This document shows, piece by piece, positions 19,152 through 28,776 of a DNA stretch of 64,000 nt. The translations under genes were made by a program, and so were the position numbers. Source of the stretch: an uncultured Candidatus Saccharibacteria bacterium (GTDB lineage: Bacteria > Patescibacteriota > Minisyncoccia > Phycocordibacterales > JACOZG01); the NCBI GenBank assembly GCA_965230925.1, contig OZ246403.1:202455-266454 (forward strand), read 5' to 3'. Numbering within the stretch: position 1 is the first letter of the stretch; each line of letters starts with the position of its first letter. The notes under the pieces are model-generated. The model saw nothing but the letters and a program-made list of their open reading frames with translations. It had not been told where the DNA came from and ran no database searches.

Positions 19152-19238
19152 GCTTTCTCCTTCCGCAAAATTACACTCCGTTCCAGACCGAATCTGAAGT
19201 TATCCTACAATTTATGAGAGAAAAGTCAACTTGGCAAC

Positions 19239-20243
19239 TTAATTACCAATCGCGTCGACGGCTTCGTTGGCCAATTCTTCAGCCTCTTCAGCGAGCTCGA
19301 TAGCGTCGTCAAAGTCGCCATCGTCGAAGGCATCCTCGGCATCTTCTAACTTATTTTCCGCATCGTTAAGCAAGTCTTCCGCCTCATCCACGTCTTTGTC
19401 ATCATCTTCAGCATCCCGAATCTCATCCTTGGCGTCATCCACTGCCTCCTCCGCATCACTTAGCGCATCGTCGGCATCATTCTCATCACCACCCAAGTCG
19501 CTAATAATATCCTCGGCGGTCTCAACAGCATCTTCAGCATGACTTCTAGACTTCACCAAGTCTTTATCGATAAAAGCGAGCATGCCGTCAAACAAGTCTT
19601 CAGCCGCGTCGGTAAGATCATCATCCGCTTCATTAAGCGTTTGCGCGTCTTCATCGTCAGCATCATCAATAGAGTCATCGGCATCTTCAACAAGATCGTG
19701 AGCCTCTTGGAGCAATTTGCGCACTGCGGCCTCTTCTTTACTCTCTTCCTTGGTTCCATTTTTCAGCGCGGCATTCTCGGCTTCAAGACGCTTAATGGTC
19801 TCGAGATACTCATTAATTTTATTCGCAATTTCTTGCGCCGCAGAAGCGGTGAACGATGGCGCCGCCGGGTCAACAGGAGTACCAGGAGTAATTACCGGGG
19901 CCATGGCACCACCAGCCTTGTAGGCCGTGCGGGACTTGGGACCAAAGTAACCACTCGCAGGCATAATTCCTTGCGAGGCTTGCCAACGAATCACCGCTTC
20001 TTCTGTGAGGCTACCAAACAGATCAGTCTCCGAACCGGGCGAGCCTACACCCGAGGATGAGATAGTAAAACCAGCGCCGTTGAGGAATTTTTGTAAACAA
20101 AGCACATCAGAACCCATCATCCCCACCTCAAGGTCCCTAATAAAATCGCAAGCTGGCGCGGTTTGAGCTTGAGCATTCAAAGTGCCAAGAACCAGGCCCG
20201 CGCTAAGCCCGAGAGTGGCAACTAAAAATTTAATGTTTTTCAT
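19239..20243 (-). CDS. Secreted protein with peptidoglycan-binding (PG_binding_1-like) domain and long acidic D/E-rich C-terminal repeat region
   Basis: ATG at 20243 (MKNIKFLVATLGLSAGLVLGTLNAQA signal); DVLCLQKFLNGAGF PG-binding motif; C-terminal ~170 aa of D/E/A repeats; TATAAT 7 nt upstream of ATG. The 5' extension in the track overlaps a better-supported small gene. Confidence 0.55.
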   Translation of the reverse strand: MKNIKFLVATLGLSAGLVLGTLNAQAQTAPACDFIRDLEVGMMGSDVLCLQKFLNGAGFTISSSGVGSPGSETDLFGSLTEEAVIRWQASQGIMPASGYFGPKSRTAYKAGGAMAPVITPGTPVDPAAPSFTASAAQEIANKINEYLETIKRLEAENAALKNGTKEESKEEAAVRKLLQEAHDLVEDADDSIDDADDEDAQTLNEADDDLTDAAEDLFDGMLAFIDKDLVKSRSHAEDAVETAEDIISDLGGDENDADDALSDAEEAVDDAKDEIRDAEDDDKDVDEAEDLLNDAENKLEDAEDAFDDGDFDDAIELAEEAEELANEAVDAIGN

Positions 20244-20271
20244 ACCCAAAATTATAGCACGGGTAAAACTA

Positions 20272-20310
20272 GAGGCAAAAAACAAGCGTACCCAACTTTG
20301 GGTACGCTGT
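20272..20310 (-). terminator. Rho-independent terminator after the two small Cys-rich genes
   Basis: Minus sense: AGCGTACCCAAagTTGGGTACGCT (11-bp perfect stem) then TGTTTTTTG. Confidence 0.65.
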
Positions 20311-20337
20311 AAGGGAAATGTTGTTCTCGCTCGTGGG

Positions 20338-20568
20338 CTAGGCATCAGCCGCAGCACACTCATTGGAACAATAAACCGCCTCATGATCTGGGGGAATGGG
20401 ATTATTGCAACCATCCCAGAGACACTTTCTTCCTCTTGGGTGACCGGCAGGCAACCACCCGGCCTCGGCACAAGTATCACACCGTACTCCACCGGAAAGT
20501 CCATGGCCGCCGCAATCATCACACTGCACTGCATCAGCCGGGTAATTACAATCTCTCGGTAACGGCAT
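20338..20568 (-). CDS. Small Cys-rich (10 Cys/76 aa) putative zinc-binding protein
   Basis: AAGGAGAG RBS 8 nt upstream of ATG; CDDCGGHG (CxxCxGxG, DnaJ-zinc-finger-like), CDTC, CLWDGC, CSNEC. Confidence 0.5.
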   Translation of the reverse strand: MPLPRDCNYPADAVQCDDCGGHGLSGGVRCDTCAEAGWLPAGHPRGRKCLWDGCNNPIPPDHEAVYCSNECAAADA

Positions 20569-20584
20569 CGTTTCGTCTCTCCTT

Positions 20585-20857
20585 TCAACAAGACTTGATT
20601 AACACAAAAACTCCGTTTAGCTCAAAATCCCTCTTTGGCCTTTTCGTCACCCATTTCCCGCTTGGGCCAACCCACTTAACCCTTTTCGCACCTTTTCCTC
20701 CCTGATCGTATCCGAACGACAAATGTGTGATCTTGCCGTTGCAAACACAGTGCCATTCGCCGTTCATGCTTTTGTCATGAGAAAATTCGACGATCGACAA
20801 CAGAGCGTTGCAGTGCTCGCACAAGCCAAGCGCGTCAACAAGTTCAACGTCTTGCAT
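20585..20857 (-). CDS. Small Cys-containing putative zinc-ribbon protein
   Basis: AGGAGG RBS 9 nt upstream of ATG; CEHC...CVC pattern; 16-nt gap to next small gene. Confidence 0.5.
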   Translation of the reverse strand: MQDVELVDALGLCEHCNALLSIVEFSHDKSMNGEWHCVCNGKITHLSFGYDQGGKGAKRVKWVGPSGKWVTKRPKRDFELNGVFVLIKSC

Positions 20858-20912
20858 AACAAAGACCTCCTTTCAATTTCAAAACTAACAGGAATTTAAG
20901 GAAAAAGAAAGA

Positions 20913-21722
20913 CTAACGAGCGTAATGACTAATTAGAGCTTTAATCCCCGCCAAATTTTGGTCCCATTCGATGGTCTCGTGAGTTTTGAGTTCGACGGTG
21001 ATGGCGGGGATGTTGAGGGTGGCGAGCCAGTCTTCCGCCGCGCCGGTGACCGGATAAGCGTCGAAGGTCTCCACCGCGCCGTAGCCAGCCGCCGTGGCAT
21101 AAGCATTCATAATCGCCTTGGTTTCGGGCAAAAGATTCCCGCCACATTGCGAGGCATACACCGTGTCGGCCTGACTATGCCAAAAGACCACCGCTTGAGG
21201 CTTGGTGGCTAAAACGAAGTCGCGCAAAGCCCGCGCTTCCGGCTCGGAGAAAGCCGTCTCACCAGCGCTCACCTTCTCGCCGCGCCAAGTGGCCTCTGGT
21301 TGCCACTCGCAGTCGAAGTTGCGATTGAGATCAACCTTATTGGCATTGAAGCGCGCCGCGGCATCCTGCCCCAGCGCGAAGCCGTCCGGGTTAGCATTTG
21401 GAATAACTACAATGGTGAGATTCGCAGGAATAAAACTCGGATTTGCCTTGAGGTAACTAATAAATTGCTGAGCCAGCCCCACGCTATTCCACTCATAACC
21501 GCCGTGGATACCGCCGACAAAAGCGAGCGTGGTGGTGCCTTTGCCAAAGGTATAACTCCCAATAGGACGACCTTGAACAGAAGTGCCGATGGTATTAATT
21601 TGCGGATCTGGCTTTACGATTGGCGCTGGTGGAGGTAAAACAGGTTCAGGCTTTGGCTTCAGCACCAACCACGCTCCCACAACAATGGCAGCAATTAGAA
21701 CAACAATCGCAACAATCTTCAT
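20913..21722 (-). CDS. M14-family zinc carboxypeptidase (gamma-D-Glu-DAP peptidase-like), membrane-anchored
   Basis: GGIHGGYEWNS, NPDG, DLNRNF M14 motifs; N-terminal TM plus Pro-rich linker. Confidence 0.7.
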   Translation of the reverse strand: MKIVAIVVLIAAIVVGAWLVLKPKPEPVLPPPAPIVKPDPQINTIGTSVQGRPIGSYTFGKGTTTLAFVGGIHGGYEWNSVGLAQQFISYLKANPSFIPANLTIVVIPNANPDGFALGQDAAARFNANKVDLNRNFDCEWQPEATWRGEKVSAGETAFSEPEARALRDFVLATKPQAVVFWHSQADTVYASQCGGNLLPETKAIMNAYATAAGYGAVETFDAYPVTGAAEDWLATLNIPAITVELKTHETIEWDQNLAGIKALISHYAR

Positions 21723-21725
21723 CCC

Positions 21726-22637
21726 TTATTGAGTAGTCGCTGATAGAGTTTTTAAGATCGCATCCACACCCTTCTGATTCTTGGTCCACTCGGTGTCGGT
21801 GTGATTGGTGAGGAGCACGCTAATTGCCGGAATATTCATCTTGGCAAACCAGTTCACCATGTCGCCAGTAATTTCGTAAAAGTTAAATTCTTTATAAGCC
21901 GGGTAACCTGAAGCCTTGGCGTACTCATTGGTAAGAACTGTGGTTTGAGCCGGCACGCCATTGTGACAATTGGAAGCGAAGACACCACCCGCCGCGCTGT
22001 AGTAGACCACCACGGCCGCAGGCTTACTGGTCTCCACATAATTCTTCATCGCCACGCTCTCGGGCTCGGAGAAGGCCGCCGTTCCGCCGCTCACCGTCTT
22101 GTTTTGCCACTTACCTTCCGCTTGCCAATCGCAATCGAAGTTGCGGTTGAGGTCAACATTTTTCGCATTAAATCGCCCGGGCACCGTCGCATCAGTTCCC
22201 GTCGGCACTTGATCCTTAGTAAATTTATCCGTCGTACCCACAATCTTAAAAAGACCGTCGGGGTTCATCACCGGGACCACCGAGACCTTAAGCCCCGCCG
22301 GCACCGCGGTCGGATTGGCCATCAAGTAATCCATCAGTTCATAGGCTACAGCGCTCGTATTCCACTCATAACCGCCATGAATTCCGCCCACGAAGAGCAC
22401 TTCCTTCGTCCCCTCGCCGTAATGATAGGCCACAATATCGCGACCCTCCACCGACTGCCCCAGCACCGTCTTGGTCTTATCTACCACGGGCGCCGGCACT
22501 TGACCAATAGGCACCGGCTCCACTGGCGTGGGCTCTACGGGTACCGGCTCTGGCTCAACCGCGGGCCCTTTTAACAAAAAGTATCCGCCAACAATAACCA
22601 ACAAAATTACAATAATGGGAATAATAATATTTTTCAT
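21726..22637 (-). CDS. M14-family zinc carboxypeptidase, tandem paralogue
   Basis: GGIHGGYEWNTS, NPDG, DLNRNFDCDWQ; same architecture as neighbour. Confidence 0.7.
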   Translation of the reverse strand: MKNIIIPIIVILLVIVGGYFLLKGPAVEPEPVPVEPTPVEPVPIGQVPAPVVDKTKTVLGQSVEGRDIVAYHYGEGTKEVLFVGGIHGGYEWNTSAVAYELMDYLMANPTAVPAGLKVSVVPVMNPDGLFKIVGTTDKFTKDQVPTGTDATVPGRFNAKNVDLNRNFDCDWQAEGKWQNKTVSGGTAAFSEPESVAMKNYVETSKPAAVVVYYSAAGGVFASNCHNGVPAQTTVLTNEYAKASGYPAYKEFNFYEITGDMVNWFAKMNIPAISVLLTNHTDTEWTKNQKGVDAILKTLSATTQ

Positions 22638-22732
22638 ACCCCTATCCTACCACAATCAAGTTTGAGGGCAAAAAGAAAGAGCGCCGATCCAAAGATCGCG
22701 CCCGTTGTGTCAACACTCGGTGTTGGCATGCC

Positions 22733-23176
22733 CTATTCCTCAATATAGATTTCATGCCGCTCGCGTAGCAATTTCTCCATTCGTTCGGCATCACATCCAC
22801 ACTCCAACGTGTAGATAGTGTTGAGGTCAATCCCTTCCACGATCGTGGCGACCGAGCCTAAACACCAGGTTCGAAAAACTCGTTTTGCTTCATCCATCGT
22901 TCCCATCCGCGTGGGATAGCAAACGAATGGCACATTGGTTTTTCTCGACCGATGAATGTGGAGTTTGTGTTGACGAAAAAACTCCTCGCCCGGTTGTGCA
23001 ATTTCGATTTCGTGATGAGGAGGGTCAGGAATAACCAACCCCCACTTTTTGTAGAACTCCTCGGGCTCTAGGTGGAAACTTTCCAAATCTTTCGCCTCAC
23101 GAATAAGTGCAACAAACTGATGTTGACCGTTTTTGGACTCAACCATCAGTATAACCTTCAAAAAACCTAGCATCAT
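22733..23176 (-). CDS. Hypothetical protein
   Basis: ATG at 23176 after GGAAAGGGAAG (track start is TTG); no recognised family. Confidence 0.4.
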   Translation of the reverse strand: MMLGFLKVILMVESKNGQHQFVALIREAKDLESFHLEPEEFYKKWGLVIPDPPHHEIEIAQPGEEFFRQHKLHIHRSRKTNVPFVCYPTRMGTMDEAKRVFRTWCLGSVATIVEGIDLNTIYTLECGCDAERMEKLLRERHEIYIEE

Positions 23177-23301
23177 CTTCCCTTTCCAAAGATCCGATAT
23201 ATCTGCCAATCTCTCAGAACGCCGAAATCAAACTAACACATTTTTATTTACTTAGCAATATACACTCCAGCAAGGTCAGCCCTTGCCGTGACACAATTTG
23301 G

Positions 23302-23493
23302 TTAATGCGGCCTTCGCGGTACTACGAGCGCTGCCACAAAGTAGCCGATGAGAAGCGGTATGACGGCAGTGGCAAACATGAGGAAAATGAAAAAGAGACG
23401 GATGATTACCGGATCCACGTTAAAATATTCCCCCACCCCGCCGAGAATCCCCAGCACCACTTTATTTTCTTCGCTACGATAAAGTCGTTTCAT
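23302..23493 (-). CDS. PspC-domain protein
   Basis: MKRLYRSEENKVVLGILGGVGEYFNVDPVIIRLFFIFL matches PspC domain consensus. Confidence 0.65.
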   Translation of the reverse strand: MKRLYRSEENKVVLGILGGVGEYFNVDPVIIRLFFIFLMFATAVIPLLIGYFVAALVVPRRPH

Positions 23494-23514
23494 CCCGCCA
23501 TCCTAGCACACACT

Positions 23515-23826
23515 TTACCCTCTCATCAAAACTAGGAAAACGACAAACAATAGAACCACAAGCCAGAGGAGGGTGTAGCCGAAAAAGCGCAGGGCTTCGG
23601 CGCGGCGGCCATCGTGGTAGAGAAGGATTGGCCGACCGAGGACCAAGGTGGCGGTGATGGTGGCGGAAACAACGAAGAGGAGGATCATAAAAAGCGGGGC
23701 CAAAAAGGTGTCCGGTTTATCGGGATTAAAAATTTTCTCGATATTAGACATAAACAATGACACACCAGTCACGTACGCCGCGGTCAAGATCGCATGCCCT
23801 AAGGGGTGCCAAATATCATTTTTCAT
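23515..23826 (-). CDS. Hypothetical membrane protein
   Basis: 103 aa, 3 predicted TM helices. Confidence 0.4.
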   Translation of the reverse strand: MKNDIWHPLGHAILTAAYVTGVSLFMSNIEKIFNPDKPDTFLAPLFMILLFVVSATITATLVLGRPILLYHDGRRAEALRFFGYTLLWLVVLLFVVFLVLMRG

Positions 23827-24410
23827 TACTTTTTTATAACACGCCGCGGCCGAATAATGAAACCAGTCATCAGGGTATTGGTCACGATCATGGCAAGGGA
23901 GTGGATGGTGGTAGCGATATTATAAGTCTGAAGCGAGAAGAGAGTGAGAACATGGCGAGCCACATTCATTTCATACAAGAGCGGCTTCTCGGTCTCTGGA
24001 TGCGCCCAAGTTTTGCGGAGCGTGGGAATGAAAGCCACCAGATCAATGAGCACCACGATGATGACGGAAATCGTGGGGTCCTTGGTTAAGGCCCAGGGTA
24101 TGAGACCGAGAAGACAGACGGCGAGAAAATAATTATCAATCTTGCGGATATGACCAGCCTTGCCTTTGAAAAGAGATTTGAGAGAAAAGAGAAAGATAAT
24201 GATGGTGAACCCCTCTGCCACGCCGGTGGGAAGAGCGCCAATCCCTGCACCTTTTACCAATCCCCCAATGAAGGTGGTGAGCGAAACTATGGACCAAACC
24301 AACCAAGTATAAGGATGCGGCTCTACCCGACCCTTGAGAATATCCTTGAGATAAGAAATATTACCAACAAAAGCAAGCACCGCCGCAATAATGGCCAGAG
24401 ATTCTTTCAC
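23826..24410 (-). CDS. Hypothetical polytopic membrane protein
   Basis: 194 aa, ~6 hydrophobic helices. Confidence 0.4.
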   Translation of the reverse strand: MKESLAIIAAVLAFVGNISYLKDILKGRVEPHPYTWLVWSIVSLTTFIGGLVKGAGIGALPTGVAEGFTIIIFLFSLKSLFKGKAGHIRKIDNYFLAVCLLGLIPWALTKDPTISVIIVVLIDLVAFIPTLRKTWAHPETEKPLLYEMNVARHVLTLFSLQTYNIATTIHSLAMIVTNTLMTGFIIRPRRVIKK

Positions 24411-25517
24411 TTATTTCTTGGCCCACACACTCACGCCGTTTGGTTCCTTACCCACTTTTATTTTCTGCACCTCAACATCAGTGGCCGTATCAATGACCGA
24501 CACATCACCACTTAAGAGATTGGTAATATAAACGCGAGCGCCATCGGGAGATACCACCACGCCATGCGGTGCCGCACCCGCCTTAATATTCTTCACCACC
24601 GCGAGTTTTTCTAAATCAATTTTATACACCCACTCACTCGGTGGCTGATTGAAGTAATAGCCCTGATCGGCAAGATAAACAAACTTTGAGTCTGGCGTAG
24701 GATACATTTGAATTGGCCCCTTGGCTTCGCTTGGCAAAGCAATTTTGTTTACCCGCTTAGTGGCCACATTATAAACCGCGAGTTGCTTGGTGTCATAGAG
24801 AGAAGCCACTACTGTTTTACCGTCTGGCGTCACTCCCGTTTGCACCGCCGCACCACCAAGTGGCAACGTAGAGAGCTTGTTTGTTTGCAGATCAAAGATT
24901 CCTAAAGAGTTACCCTTTAGCATAGCGACATACGCCGTTAAGCCGTCGGATGAGAGGCGCAGGCCGTGAGGTTCTTGCGCCAGAGCCATAACTTTCTGCT
25001 CTACCTCATACGTTTGAGTATTAATTTTATAAATCGCTCCTTCAATTTGCGCTGTCACCATGGCATAAGCACTATCGGGCGTGAGCGACACATGCGCCAA
25101 GTGGAGGCCAGTGCCAAGAGGCAATCTTTTCTTAATCTGATCAGTCTTTGGATCAATGATAATCACCTCGTCCGCATCGCTGCCAACCTTCTCTTCACCA
25201 TGAGCCAGCGCCTGAGGCAAAAGCCGGCTTGAATGACCTTGATGCGTTCCAGCATTGGCCGTGACCCACACCGTCTGCATATCCGGGCTCACCTGCACAT
25301 TGTGTGGTGCGTACGGCAAGCGACCACCATCGTGCTCCACCGCAAGATCAATGGTCGAAACAATTTTATTCGTAGCTAGATCAATTGCCACAATCTTGCT
25401 CTCGCCTTCCACCGCCACATACACCTTCTCATTTGGTTGCGATTTCAATTGACGATAACCAAAACCGGCCAGCAAAATGACCACAAGAATTAGAACAAAA
25501 ACAGAAAGTCGCTTCAT
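24411..25517 (-). CDS. YVTN-family beta-propeller repeat protein (exported)
   Basis: Signal/TM then repeated ~40-aa units (VSPDG.RVYITN, VTPDGKTVVASL, LSSDGLTAYVA). Confidence 0.65.
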   Translation of the reverse strand: MKRLSVFVLILVVILLAGFGYRQLKSQPNEKVYVAVEGESKIVAIDLATNKIVSTIDLAVEHDGGRLPYAPHNVQVSPDMQTVWVTANAGTHQGHSSRLLPQALAHGEEKVGSDADEVIIIDPKTDQIKKRLPLGTGLHLAHVSLTPDSAYAMVTAQIEGAIYKINTQTYEVEQKVMALAQEPHGLRLSSDGLTAYVAMLKGNSLGIFDLQTNKLSTLPLGGAAVQTGVTPDGKTVVASLYDTKQLAVYNVATKRVNKIALPSEAKGPIQMYPTPDSKFVYLADQGYYFNQPPSEWVYKIDLEKLAVVKNIKAGAAPHGVVVSPDGARVYITNLLSGDVSVIDTATDVEVQKIKVGKEPNGVSVWAKK

Positions 25518-25552
25518 TTTGTTTATCTTAGACTAATAATCTTTTTAGTTTA

Positions 25553-27571
25553 TCACAGAGTCCGCCGGCGCAAGAGTAGAGCGTTGAAGGCCACAATCAC
25601 TGTACTAACAGACATCAACACCGCCGCAAAAGCTGGCTCTAAAAGTATCCCTTTCCAAGCCAACGCTCCGGCCGCAAGCGGCATAGCAAAGATATTATAC
25701 CCTGCTGCCCACCAGAGATTCTGAATCATCTTTGAATATGTCATCTGGGACAAATTGATTATTTTTACAATATCTCGTGGATCATTTCTGACCAAGATAA
25801 TACCGGCCGACTCAATCGCCACATTTGTTCCAGCGCCAATAGCGATACCGAGATCGGCCTGGGTTAGCGCCGGCGCATCATTGATGCCATCACCCACAAA
25901 GGCCACTAATTTACCGTTCGCTTGTAAAAGTTTAACTTTTTCAGCTTTCTCCCCGGGAATCACTCGCGCAAAATATTGGTCGATACCAAGATCTGTAGAA
26001 ACTTTTTTAGCCACGTCTTCGGCGTCTCCCGTAATCATCGCCACCGTAACGCCCATATTTTTGAGAGCGGTCACCGCTTCGCGCGATTCGAGGCGCACCG
26101 TATCAGCCACAACAATCGTTCCAACAACCTTTCCCTCAACCTCCACAACAATATCCAAACCGTCTCGATGACCAACAAAAACTTGCTTACCAAGAACTTC
26201 GGCCTCCACCCCGCGGCCCGGCAGACGCTTAAAGTTCTTAGCTTCGGACAGCGTCAGATTTCTCTTTCTCGCTTCATCTACAACCGCTTTAGCAATTGGA
26301 TGCTCGGAGTGAGCCTCAACAGTGGCGGCAAAAATAAGTGCCTCGTCAGAATTTACCGAAACCACAGAGAATTTTCCTTCGGTGAGTGTACCCGTCTTAT
26401 CAAAAAGTACCGTGTCGATCTTTCTCGCCGCTTCAAGAGCCAGTCTTTGTTTTACCAAAAAGCCGTTCTGCGCCGCTTTAGTGGTAGAAATTGAGGCGAC
26501 AAGAGGCACGGCAAGACCGAGCGCGTGCGGACAAGCAATCACGAGCACCGCCACCAAGCGCGCGACAGCGAAACTGACTTCTGCTCCGGCAAAAAGCCAA
26601 GCAATAAAAGTAATGATGCCTCCGGAAACTGCAACGATAGTTAAATAAAGCGCGGCTTTATCAGAGAGAATCTGGAGACGTGATTTGGAAGCTTGTGCTT
26701 CAGCCACCAAACGCATTACTCCCGCTAGAAACGTTTTTTCTCCGATATTGGCCACCCGAACTTTCAACACCCCGTCACCGTTAATCGCCCCAGCAATGAC
26801 CTGATCCCCCAACTTTTTAGCCACTGGTCTCGATTCACCGGTCATCATTGACTCATTGACCTCGGAATCTCCTTCGATAATTGTGCCGTCAGCTGGAATT
26901 TTTGTTCCCGGTTTAACCAGCACGACATCCTTCTCTTTCAGTTCGGCGAGGGCGATAATCTTCGTCTCACCATCACGAATAACTTCGGCGGTATCGGGAA
27001 GGAGCTTAGAAAGCTCTTTTAGTGCTCCCTGGGCGCCGGAAACTGCACGCATTTCAATCCAATGGCCCAGAAGCATAATGGTAATTAGCGATGATAGCTC
27101 GAATAAGAGGTCGTGCTCCGCGCCAAATAAGATTGAGAACACACTATAGAGATAAGCGGCAATAATGGCGACGGAGATAAGTGTCATCATCCCGGGAAGT
27201 CGGGCCTTAAGTTCTCGAAAAGCGCTCGTTAAGAAAATCCAACCGCCGTAGAAAAAAACAATGCTTCCTAAGACCAAAAACAAATATTGCGACCCCGAAA
27301 ATTTAGGCGCTTGTACACCAAAAAGCATCGCGGCCATTTCCGAATACCAGAAAATGGGAACGCTCAATACCAGCGCCACCCAAAACTTGGCTAGGAATGA
27401 CGGCGTTTTATGACCAGCGTGTTTGTCGTGATCTTCATGACCCATTGCCCCTTTCTTCTTTTTTTCTGATACCAGATTCATGCCACATTCGGGACACATC
27501 CCCGGCCGATTCTGCTGAATCTCTGGATGCATGGGGCAGGTGTATATCTTTACTTCATTGTGGTTAGACAT
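25553..27571 (-). CDS. copB: P1B-type heavy-metal ATPase, CopB-like (CPH motif, His-rich N-terminus)
   Basis: DKTGTLT, GDGINDAPAL, CPHALGLAVP (CPH), N-terminal MGHEDHDKHAGHK and CPMHPE..CPECGM metal-binding module. Confidence 0.85.
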   Translation of the reverse strand: MSNHNEVKIYTCPMHPEIQQNRPGMCPECGMNLVSEKKKKGAMGHEDHDKHAGHKTPSFLAKFWVALVLSVPIFWYSEMAAMLFGVQAPKFSGSQYLFLVLGSIVFFYGGWIFLTSAFRELKARLPGMMTLISVAIIAAYLYSVFSILFGAEHDLLFELSSLITIMLLGHWIEMRAVSGAQGALKELSKLLPDTAEVIRDGETKIIALAELKEKDVVLVKPGTKIPADGTIIEGDSEVNESMMTGESRPVAKKLGDQVIAGAINGDGVLKVRVANIGEKTFLAGVMRLVAEAQASKSRLQILSDKAALYLTIVAVSGGIITFIAWLFAGAEVSFAVARLVAVLVIACPHALGLAVPLVASISTTKAAQNGFLVKQRLALEAARKIDTVLFDKTGTLTEGKFSVVSVNSDEALIFAATVEAHSEHPIAKAVVDEARKRNLTLSEAKNFKRLPGRGVEAEVLGKQVFVGHRDGLDIVVEVEGKVVGTIVVADTVRLESREAVTALKNMGVTVAMITGDAEDVAKKVSTDLGIDQYFARVIPGEKAEKVKLLQANGKLVAFVGDGINDAPALTQADLGIAIGAGTNVAIESAGIILVRNDPRDIVKIINLSQMTYSKMIQNLWWAAGYNIFAMPLAAGALAWKGILLEPAFAAVLMSVSTVIVAFNALLLRRRTL

Positions 27572-27595
27572 ATTACAGTTTTCCTTTTTATAATT

Positions 27596-28396
27596 TTAAA
27601 CCGCGCAGCTCCCGCCACCATCAGTAGTTGTCGGTTGAACCACGGCAAGGGCTCGTTGATAGCCGGAACCACTTGAATATTCTTTACCAACAAGTATTTG
27701 TGGCGACAATTTTTCGTCAACACCCTTTATCTTCAGGTACTGGGCAATGGTTTGATAATGATCTGGAAACCAGCTCAAATTGGCATTCATCGCCGCCTCC
27801 CACATCTCTACTTCCGTTGCTCCTTGCGATGCCAAATATTCTAGCAACCCAAGCATCGCCATACCGTGATTACAGTCCGGAAAATGGGTTGAATTGTTGC
27901 AACAGGGCCGATAAATTTCTTTGGCCATTTCCTCTACTAGCGTTTGTTGGTCGGGCGTCAACGTCGCGAGATCGTGCATAGAGTAATGATCCATTACCGA
28001 CCCTTTGGCAACACTCCAACCACCGACAGAGGCCATATTTTCCGGACCACCATATCGCGCATCCATAATTGGCCCGCTCTCCAGAACCTGATTTTTATTA
28101 GCTAAGCCATAGGCCCAGAGTAAGTTTAGCTCGGTCACTTCAGGAAGCTTGGCGGGATTAATGGTGCCGTTAGACACCAGGGTCGCCAACATTTTTTCCT
28201 CGGCCTCTAATGGCAGGATGCTCCCGCCATCCACCAGCATCACTTGTGACTCTCTCGTACTCGGAACTTGATCTGAAGGCAAAAAGTTTTCAACATTATA
28301 AACCACAGAACTCGCTATAATGATTACCGCAATCACACTAACCAGTAGAAGTAAGTGCCAGTCACCGAGTTTTCTAGGTTCTGTATTGTTTTCCAT
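27596..28396 (-). CDS. Membrane-anchored exported Cys-rich hypothetical protein
   Basis: N-terminal TM; PCCNNSTHFPDCNHGMAM cluster; 24-nt gap to copB. Confidence 0.45.
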   Translation of the reverse strand: MENNTEPRKLGDWHLLLLVSVIAVIIIASSVVYNVENFLPSDQVPSTRESQVMLVDGGSILPLEAEEKMLATLVSNGTINPAKLPEVTELNLLWAYGLANKNQVLESGPIMDARYGGPENMASVGGWSVAKGSVMDHYSMHDLATLTPDQQTLVEEMAKEIYRPCCNNSTHFPDCNHGMAMLGLLEYLASQGATEVEMWEAAMNANLSWFPDHYQTIAQYLKIKGVDEKLSPQILVGKEYSSGSGYQRALAVVQPTTTDGGGSCAV

Positions 28397-28407
28397 AATT
28401 TGTTTAA

Positions 28408-28776
28408 TTATTTTTTATTATCCGTCAAAAGACAACCACTTTCTTGAGACAGTTTTTCAAGACCCTGTTTACCTTCAAATTTCTTACCGTCCGGAAACAC
28501 CCAAGTTGGGTAGCCTTTAATTCCCACGGCCAAACACTTGTTTGGATCATCAGGACATTCGACATATGACACCAACTGAAATGAGTCTCCGAACGCCTTC
28601 TTTTCCTCTTGGCAGTGCGAACACCATTCCGCCCCATACATGGTGATTTGCTTATCAGCAAGACATTGAGCGAATGAATTAAGTTCGCCATTTACCTGCT
28701 GTCGATAAGACAACACGATGACAGTTGCTATTGCGATAATCCCGACACCGACACCAGCAAGGTGTTTACTTTTCAT
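28408..28776 (-). CDS. Membrane-anchored thioredoxin-fold protein (CxxC)
   Basis: ATG at 28776; TM anchor then YGAEWCSHCQEEK (WCxxC). Confidence 0.55.
   Translation of the reverse strand: MKSKHLAGVGVGIIAIATVIVLSYRQQVNGELNSFAQCLADKQITMYGAEWCSHCQEEKKAFGDSFQLVSYVECPDDPNKCLAVGIKGYPTWVFPDGKKFEGKQGLEKLSQESGCLLTDNKK

Noticed and set aside
19267-20060. Plus-strand ORFs (91, 173 and 68 aa), Ser/Ala-rich
   Set aside because: Antisense to the D/E-rich repeat region of the PG-binding protein; repeat-induced open frames.
20244-20591. 5' extension of track ORF 19239-20591 (extra 116 aa)
   Set aside because: The extension overlaps, out of frame, the 76-aa Cys-rich gene that has a strong RBS. A terminator and a TATAAT lie upstream of the internal ATG at 20243, which begins a textbook signal peptide.
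22642-22830. 62-aa minus-strand ORF
   Set aside because: Overlaps the 3' end of the 22733-23176 gene in another frame, has no RBS, and is short.
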